Assembly: GCF_000142905.1 (NCBI RefSeq)
Contig: NW_013657571.1
Span: 1 to 5,433, forward strand
DNA from: Thecamonas trahens ATCC 50062
Taxonomy: Eukaryota > Protista > Apusomonadida
DNA length: 5,433 bases
Direction of reading: 5' to 3'
Both the position numbers and the translations under genes were made by a program. The notes beneath the pieces are model-generated. The model had not been told where the DNA came from and searched no databases. It worked only from the letters and a program-made list of their open reading frames with translations. Each line of letters begins with the position of its first letter. Position 1 is the stretch's first letter. Below, piece after piece: positions 1 to 5,433 of this stretch.

Positions 1-510
1 TTCCGCCCGCTCCGTCGGATGGGTCACTGCCTTGATCACTTCCGCAATGGTCTCGCTCTTCCCTCTCCGGGGCATGCCTCTCCGTCGGCCTCTCTCCAAC
101 CCGTCCTTCTGCCGGACGTCGTCGATGACTTCTGCGGACATGCCCAACACGCTGCTGTGCTCGTGGGTGTCTCGATCAACGTCTGCTGGCCAATGCGCCT
201 CTGTCTTGCCTAACTTCTGCTGATGGGCTGGTTGGGCTTGGCCGGCCGATCGCCGGGGGGTGGGTCACTGTGCTGATCGACGCGATCCGGCAGGCAGAGA
301 TGGCGAGCGCGATAGATGCGAGGACATCTCGAGCCGTCAAGCGAGCGGGGCGATCGGCTGGTTGGGAGCTGGAGATGGCCGAGCGCACTTGGTACAGGCA
401 CTGTGAGATGCCCGATCTGTCCTTGAGCTCGGCTGATCGATGGGGATCATGGTCGATGTCGAAGCTGGCGTCCCGCGTGAGGATGGATGAGGTCGAGCGC
501 CATGCGGCTT
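1..510. other. Coding-like sequence of unresolved strand
   Basis: The - strand gives plausible peptides (ILTRDASFDIDHD...; SVLGMSAEVIDDVRQKDGLERG...ETIAEVIKAVTH, open to the window edge). The + strand ORF 270..512 is in frame with the downstream CGLC motif across a TGA at 510-512. It could be the 5' part of the RNase III gene or a separate divergent gene. Confidence 0.3.
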
Positions 511-512
511 GA

Positions 513-3041
513 GCCTGTGGTCTGTGTCAGCAATCACTAGAACCGATGCGATGACGATGGGTACTACATGTTGTGTGACTTTCACAACTGCTGGACGTGT
601 GCCTGTAGGAAGGACGGCATGTTGTGGGAAAGTGCCGATGCTGTGCGGCGGGCGTGGGCAGGGGGGGTCTCTGTAGTGATGCCGATTGCGATCGGGGCGA
701 TGGCCGCGGTGGAGCGCCGATGAGCCTTGCGGCGATGGTTACGACATGACGTGAGGGGATAAATGGTCATCGGGCGGTTGGTACTGGGGATGTGGGCCAC
801 GGACTGAGTACATAGTTGTGACGAGCACTGCGATGCGAGTGCGTCATGGGGCGTGGCCACGACTGAGGAGTATGCGTGGATGGCTTTATCGACTGGCCAG
901 TTGCTGGACAGCAGGCTCGTGACCAGCAAGCAGGTGATGGGATGGGAGAGGATAGATATCTGCATCATCCGTCAGTCTGTCCGATGAGTGTGTGTCGATG
1001 CTTGGATGGAATGGGAAGGTGGAGGGAGCCGAGCAGTGATCACCAAATTCTTTCGGCGACGGACAATTCAGAACTACGTACGACAACGGCTACCACACAA
1101 CACACCGCTTCTACACGGATCTCCGCCAAGTCGACAACCCGTTTATCGGTCCCCATTCCGTACCCATGGCGGCAAGGTAAGGCATGTTAGCGTAGCAAGC
1201 AGAGCTGGATGCTTTTACGCGATCGAGACCCGGTAGGAGGGCGTCCTTCAGGTGTGCGCAGACGAGAGTTGGCACAACGCCCACATCCCCAGCAGCCCTT
1301 CCGACGAGGATGTGATCAAGTTTGCCGAGGCCATCGTCTCCTTCACACACTATCCGAGCGTGGCCAACACGTGTACTTCGCAGACACGGACAACCACAGA
1401 AGCCAGTGGCGATCCCATGCCGCTGCCAGCTGGTGCCAAGGTTGCCATCAGGCTTGACTCGCCACGCACCTCGTCCAAACTGGATTGTGCCCTGTTGCCG
1501 ATGGTGGCGCGCGGCGACGAGCCTGCGATGGTCCTGGACTACTTGTGTCGGCCAAGCTGGAGAAGCTCATGGATAGCGAGAACGTCATGGTCAGTAGCTA
1601 CAACGAGTTCAAGTCCTGTATCATCTACACAAGCAGCCGCCGCGGGGTCGACTTGAATCGGGCGCGCTTGATTGTAGTGGTCGGCCAGGACAAGATAACA
1701 GTGCGGCTCCTGCAGGCGCTGTACGCGGCGTCGGATGTAGCGGTCTTGGCACACAGCCAAGTACTCGGTCGAGGGGCTCGGGATGCTGCGCGGGCGGGGG
1801 CAGCCCGAGCGAGCTCGTGTACATCGATGCGGATGGTAATGACTGTATGCTGTGTCTCCCAGCCCGCCCCATCCACTACCACGAGTCCGCCTACGCCCGC
1901 AGGCCCACTGTTGCCGAGGAGTGGATCGTGCCCGCCAAGTTTGTCGGGGAGGACCAGTCGTCCGGCAAGGCGTCTCGCGCCGGGCGTGAGCTGATGCGCC
2001 GCTTCAAGGGCCGCGCAGAGCTCGAGAAGGCGCGATCGGGCACGTTTTGGTGGCTCCGGTCAAACAAGAAGCACCTTTGGGCGTATCCTCTCGAAGTTGT
2101 CGACAGGGGTGATGTGTCCTCTTTCTGGGCCGTCCTTGGGCGCGAGTGTCTGGAGGCTGTGCCGGTGGACGACGATGCCAATGACGACAACAGCTGCGTC
2201 ATGGGCAATGCGACAAGCTTGGTTCAGTTTCTGGCATCGACAGATTGCGGCGCCGCCATCGACCAAGCGGTGGCCATGAGCCGCAAGCATGTACGGGGTC
2301 CGCAAGCGGGTTCATGACACGGTGGCTGTCTTGGGCATGCCCGCCAGCTACGAGTGGCTGAACGCGGTCATTTCCACGGCCATCGTGTCGAACAAGAACG
2401 ACACACCGTTCAAGCGGCTGGCATTTATCGGCGACACGGTGCTTANNNNNNNNNNNNNNNNNNNNNNNNNNNNNNNNNNNNNNNNNNNNNNNNNNNNNNN
2501 NNNNNNNNNNNNNNNNNNNNNNNNNNNNNNNNNNNNNNNNNNNNNNNNNNNNNGGCCATCTTGGGTGCCATCTACCTGCTGTATGGCCTCGACGACACCG
2601 AGCGCATCTGGCGTATGTTCGTGTCGACAGTTGGTAGACGATGCGGCGCCGAGCGGCTCAAGCACTTCAGCGCCGAGATGTGGCAAGCAGGAGAGGCAGC
2701 AGACCGTGTCGACTCGTGCGATGGAATCCGTGGCGGCCTGGCAGGGAGCCGAGCTCGGAGTTCCAGACTCTGATGTCAGCCGGCACCATCGGAGAGGTGA
2801 TCAACTGCTGCACCCAGCCTTACCCCCCCCGACTCGATCGACCGCTCCCGTTCTTCTCAGCCAACTGCGACCCCCCTCCGACCCGATCTACAGCCGACCA
2901 AGTCGCACGGGGCTGTTGGGCTCGGTGCAGTGGCTACGCGCTTGCGAGTCAGCGCGGTGACCAAATCAAGGCGATCCGGGCCGAGCAGCTGCCGCCAAGG
3001 CGAGCCTCGACGAGGACGTAGCGATCGGCAGACGCGGATGA
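513..3041 (+). CDS. Spliced, frameshift-disrupted gene (or pseudogene) encoding a ribonuclease III-domain protein; 5' end uncertain
   Basis: Successive overlapping + strand coding-like segments with C/G-ending codons: 516-750, 816-933, 1072-1176, 1237-~1545 (EGVLQVCADESWHNAH...), ~1545-1760 (VSAKLEKLMDSENV...), ~1811-2288 (ELVYIDADGND...), 2289-2445 (...FKRLAFIGDTVL), 2555-~2710 (AILGAIYLLYG...) and ~2710-3041. Three GT..AG intron candidates remove in-frame stops and restore phase. The RNase III motifs anchor the call. Joining all segments into one gene is inference. Confidence 0.55.
751..815 (+). other. Candidate spliceosomal intron (65 nt)
   Basis: GTGAGG donor at 751, branch-like GACTGAG at 802-808, TAG acceptor at 813-815. 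Removal joins ATG AC|T TGT GAC in frame, eliminates stops and recreates a second copy of the DGYxMxCDxH motif. Confidence 0.65.
934..1071 (+). other. Candidate spliceosomal intron (138 nt; alternative donor GTCAGT at 971)
   Basis: CAG|GTGATG donor at 934 and TTCAG acceptor ending at 1071 join AAG CAG|AAC TAC in phase 0 and remove the TGA at 985-987. The interior is G-rich and looks non-coding. The donor choice is uncertain. Confidence 0.45.
1177..1236 (+). other. Candidate spliceosomal intron (60 nt)
   Basis: Strong AAG|GTAAGG donor at 1177 and TAG acceptor at 1234-1236. Removal joins GGC AAG|GAG GGC in phase 0 and removes the in-frame stop that ends ORF 988..1236. Confidence 0.7.
2340..2620 (+). 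CDS. Ribonuclease III (RIBOc / RNase III-like) catalytic domain, interrupted by the assembly gap
   Basis: YEWLNAVISTAIVSNKNDTPFKRLAFIGDTVL (KRLAFIGD at 2412-2435) matches the RNase III signature context L..ALTH.S.....NERLEFLGDAVL. Directly after the gap, G|GCC ATC TTG GGT GCC ATC TAC CTG gives (E)AILGAIYLLYGLDDTERIW, matching EALIGAIYLDSG. Both motifs are in the expected order. Confidence 0.82.
2446..2553. other. Assembly gap (108 N)
   Basis: Run of N from 2446 to 2553. Confidence 1.
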
Positions 3042-3049
3042 GATGGACG

Positions 3050-4610
3050 AGGCCACGGCGGGCGTGGAGTTGTGACAGAGCGTCGATGTGCCAGGGTGGT
3101 TGGTGCGCATGATCGGAGAATGAGCCCGTTGTTGGGTTTGACGGCGCTGTTGACGGCGAGCGTGAGCGCCGCGGGCGCAGCTGATGAGGTTGTCGCGGGC
3201 GATGTGGCGGCTGATGACGACTTTGGTGAGTGAAGCTGATGGCGACAACGTCAGAGTTGGTCTTCTGCGAGGCACGGCGGACGGATGGACACGATTGTCG
3301 GCGAGGGGGGGAGCGACGATGCTGGCGTGATCGTGCGGTCTCGACACTCCTGCTGCGATGCCGTCGCAGCTCGGTGCCTGCGCCTGTCTTTTTGATTGTT
3401 AGTATTGCTAGAGCCTTCATCCAACGGATAGCGGTAGAGAGTGGTGTGAAAGGGTGGTGCTGTCTGCGTCATGGAAGATGGGATCGGGCTGATGGCCATG
3501 GTCCTCCGTGCGGCTGTCGCTATGGGGGCTTGTGTTCAGAGTAGCTAGGGCGAGGGAGGGTGAGGGAGCGATCGGGCAGTCGTATGCAAGTTGAGATGGC
3601 GATGGAATGCGGGCATCAGCTTTGTTGAGTGCACAGTGGGGGTTCATGGCAGCCAGCTCGCCGACGAGGGATCTGCGGTCGTTTGATTTGGGGGAGGTGA
3701 GGCCCATGGGATCGGGATCGTTTGTGGTTGGCTTTCTAGCGTCGGCCTTGGGGGCGTCGGACGGATGGTTGAGGAGGCGATTGGAGGCCGAGGCGAAGGT
3801 GAGGTGGTAGATCGAGCTGGAGAGGATGTCCAGCATACGTGTGTGTGTGCGTGGGCCGCGTGTTCATTTGCTGGGAGCTGGCACGGCATGTGTGGCTCGG
3901 GTGTGGCGACGACTGAGGCATGGATGTGGTGAGAGCGTGCGCGATCTGGCGACGACGAGTCTATGGAGGGGTGATGGCATGTGCTCGCTGTCGTCGAGCA
4001 ACCGGATGTCCCATTCGTCTGGGCGGAGCAGGGCAGGGCGTTGTTGCTTCCGCTGTTAGCTTGATAGCGAGCTGGAACCGCAGCGCGCTCTTGACGAAGA
4101 ACGACGACGTTGCATCGACCGCCAGGGCGGTGGTGCCCAGGCTGCCGTGCGGCTGCGGTGGACGGAGCGTGGTCGGCTTGTTGTTTGCCCAGCCCATGAA
4201 CGGCGTGGCAGACGTCATGCCAGCGGTAACGTCGGCGAGGAGGACGATGGGGCTGGTGTCAGCAGCACTCGGCTGCGAGCGAGGGTGGGGTCGCGGGTGA
4301 GGCACAACGCCTCGATGGCAGAGATCAGATTGCGGCCGCGGGGCGTGAGCCAGGGTGCGTGTGCGGGTGGCGGCGATGAGGACAACGAGCGAGGGACATG
4401 GGTGGGGTTGGCAAGATACGTCGTTGTCAGGTAGAGGTAGCACGACACCCAGCAACGAAGAGCTGGCCGGCTGACCTCGCTTGATCGAGGACGGTAAGGA
4501 GGACTGGCTGAGGCGGTGGGGAGGTGTGGGGGAGATCGGGATAAAGGAGGACAGAGTGTTGATGTGCGATGAGGGGTGATTGGATTGCAGAGGACGGCGC
4601 GGGTGGGCAT
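3050..4610 (-). CDS. Hypothetical protein, frameshift-disrupted; boundaries approximate
   Basis: Chain of coding-like - strand segments rich in C-ending codons, in alternating frames: ...WVSCYLYLTTTYLANPTHV...RNLISAIEALCLTRDP (4460-4280), TSPIVLLADVTAGMTSATPFMGWANN...FFVKSALRFQLAIKL (4260-4055), LLRPDEWDIRLLDDSEHM (4030-3975), MLDILSSSIYHLTFASASNRLL...RSLVGELAAMNPHC (3836-3630), KALAILTIKKTG, KTNSDVVAISF / TKVVISRHIARDNLISCARG (3420-3170). Possible ATG at 4610. No domain recognised. Confidence 0.45.
3833..3853. repeat. Short (GT)n microsatellite within a 21-nt alternating purine-pyrimidine tract
   Basis: GCATACGTGTGTGTGTGCGTG read directly from the sequence. Confidence 0.8.
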
Positions 4611-5100
4611 GGATGGTTGAGCAGCAGCAGGTGATGGGGTTGATGGGATGGATGGTCGGGCGTGGTGGTTGCAGGAGAGCGATGACGGTTGTGTTGCGGA
4701 TGTGCGAGGCATAGTTGTGCTCGGCGCATGTGTCTGGGTCTCATCTTCAGCAGCTGGAGGGAGCAGGCAGCGCCACCTGGCAATGTGTGGATGGCAGGCA
4801 GGTCGCGGACGACGGCCAGTGCATGTGGGTGTTTGGGCTGGGACTCGGACTGGGTGGTGTGTGGGTAGGTGATGGTTGATGGCGGGGGGTGGGTGGTGAG
4901 GTTTTGTGATCAGGTGAGAATTTGTGATCAATGGCAGGCTGGGGTGGGGTTGGTGGGATGTGGGTATGGCGAGCAAGTGGATGTGGATGCATGCGCATGT
5001 GTGTGTGTGGAGGTGTATGGTGATGATGATGGTGGTGGTCGGCCTCGCGACGGCTGGGGAGTGATGGCAAGCGTGTCGAGGCTGGACGGGGGTGGTGCAA
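4500..5100. repeat. G/T-rich low-complexity tract (probable 5' UTR/intergenic region of the - strand gene)
   Basis: Dense GGT/GTG/GAT/GGG runs and depletion of C on the + strand. The ORFs here are His/Pro/Thr-rich or Gly/Val/Trp-rich compositional artefacts. Confidence 0.7.
4987..5039. repeat. (GT)n microsatellite followed by a (GAT)3(GGT)3 trinucleotide repeat
   Basis: ATGCATGCGCATGTGTGTGTGTG at 4987-5009 and GGTGATGATGATGGTGGTGGT at 5019-5039. Confidence 0.8.
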
Positions 5101-5433
5101 TAACCATGATCACCCCCAGACCCCGACCAACCAATTCCGACCAAGTGCGCCACCCCACCACCCCATCACCCCCACCTGCAATATCCATCCTCACAGCCAC
5201 CACAAACCAAGTGGTTTGTCAATTTCTGTGGCCAAACTCGTGGTGGGGAGAGAACTGCTATCACAATGTGTGAAAACAGTCAACTTCTCCCAACCCACCG
5301 AGGCGGGCAACCCCTCACGAGCACTGGCGTGGGTCCGGGCTCTGGCTCTACGGCCAGGGCGCGGGCGCAGGCTGAAGCTAACAGCGGCAGCGCATGATAC
5401 CAGCTAGAGACCGCGGCGACTTGTCAAGCAAGA

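Noticed and set aside
20-270. 10-bp direct repeat TGGGTCACTG at 20-29 and 261-270
   Set aside because: A match of this length is expected by chance in a 5.4-kb window, and there is no array or element structure.
1540-2290. Programmed ribosomal frameshifting as the explanation for the frame switches
   Set aside because: The switches are too numerous, occur on both strands, and lack slippery heptamers at the junctions.
1539-2686. - strand ORFs 1539..1760, 1621..1872, 1625..1882, 1891..2208, 2060..2305 and 2348..2686
   Set aside because: They are shadow ORFs antisense to the better-supported + strand gene in GC-rich DNA.
1237-3041. Calling the gene a canonical Dicer (dcl1/dcl2) or rnc/RNT1
   Set aside because: No DExD/H motif, PAZ domain or second RNase III domain is visible and the signature is non-canonical, so no gene symbol was assigned.
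4747-5100. Poly-His ORF as a metal-binding protein
   Set aside because: The His run is the antisense of the GAT/GGT trinucleotide repeat; nothing else supports coding.
4215-5153. Longest ORF (312 aa, - strand) as a complete gene
   Set aside because: Its N-terminal portion is His/Pro/Thr-rich translation of the low-complexity CA-rich strand. Only the part below about 4610 looks coding, and it is included in the - strand gene model.
1-5433. CRISPR array, tRNA/rRNA, transposase or prokaryotic operon
   Set aside because: No regularly spaced repeats, structured RNA signatures, DDE or reverse-transcriptase motifs were seen, and the introns and microsatellites point to eukaryotic DNA.

Overview
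GC-rich eukaryotic-looking genomic DNA, probably fungal (short GT..AG introns, GT/CA microsatellites), with a 108-N gap at 2446-2553. The best-supported element is a + strand, spliced, frameshift-riddled gene (about 513-3041) containing a ribonuclease III domain. Its two signature motifs flank the gap: FKRLAFIGDTVL before it and (E)AILGAIYL after it. Manual reconstruction suggests an unusual architecture: a Cys/His-rich N-terminus with a duplicated EPCx(1-2)DGYxMxCDxH motif, a possible degenerate helicase-C-terminal-like segment, a single RNase III domain with a Mini-III-like LAFIGD signature, and a possible dsRBD-like tail. A second frameshifted gene of unknown function appears to run convergently on the - strand (about 4610 to 3050). 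Upstream of it is a G/T-rich low-complexity tract whose skew flips near 5100. Frame disruptions are frequent and mostly indels across the whole window, so sequencing error is at least as likely as pseudogenisation. No rRNA, tRNA, CRISPR array or transposase was seen. All domain calls are by eye; no searches were run.
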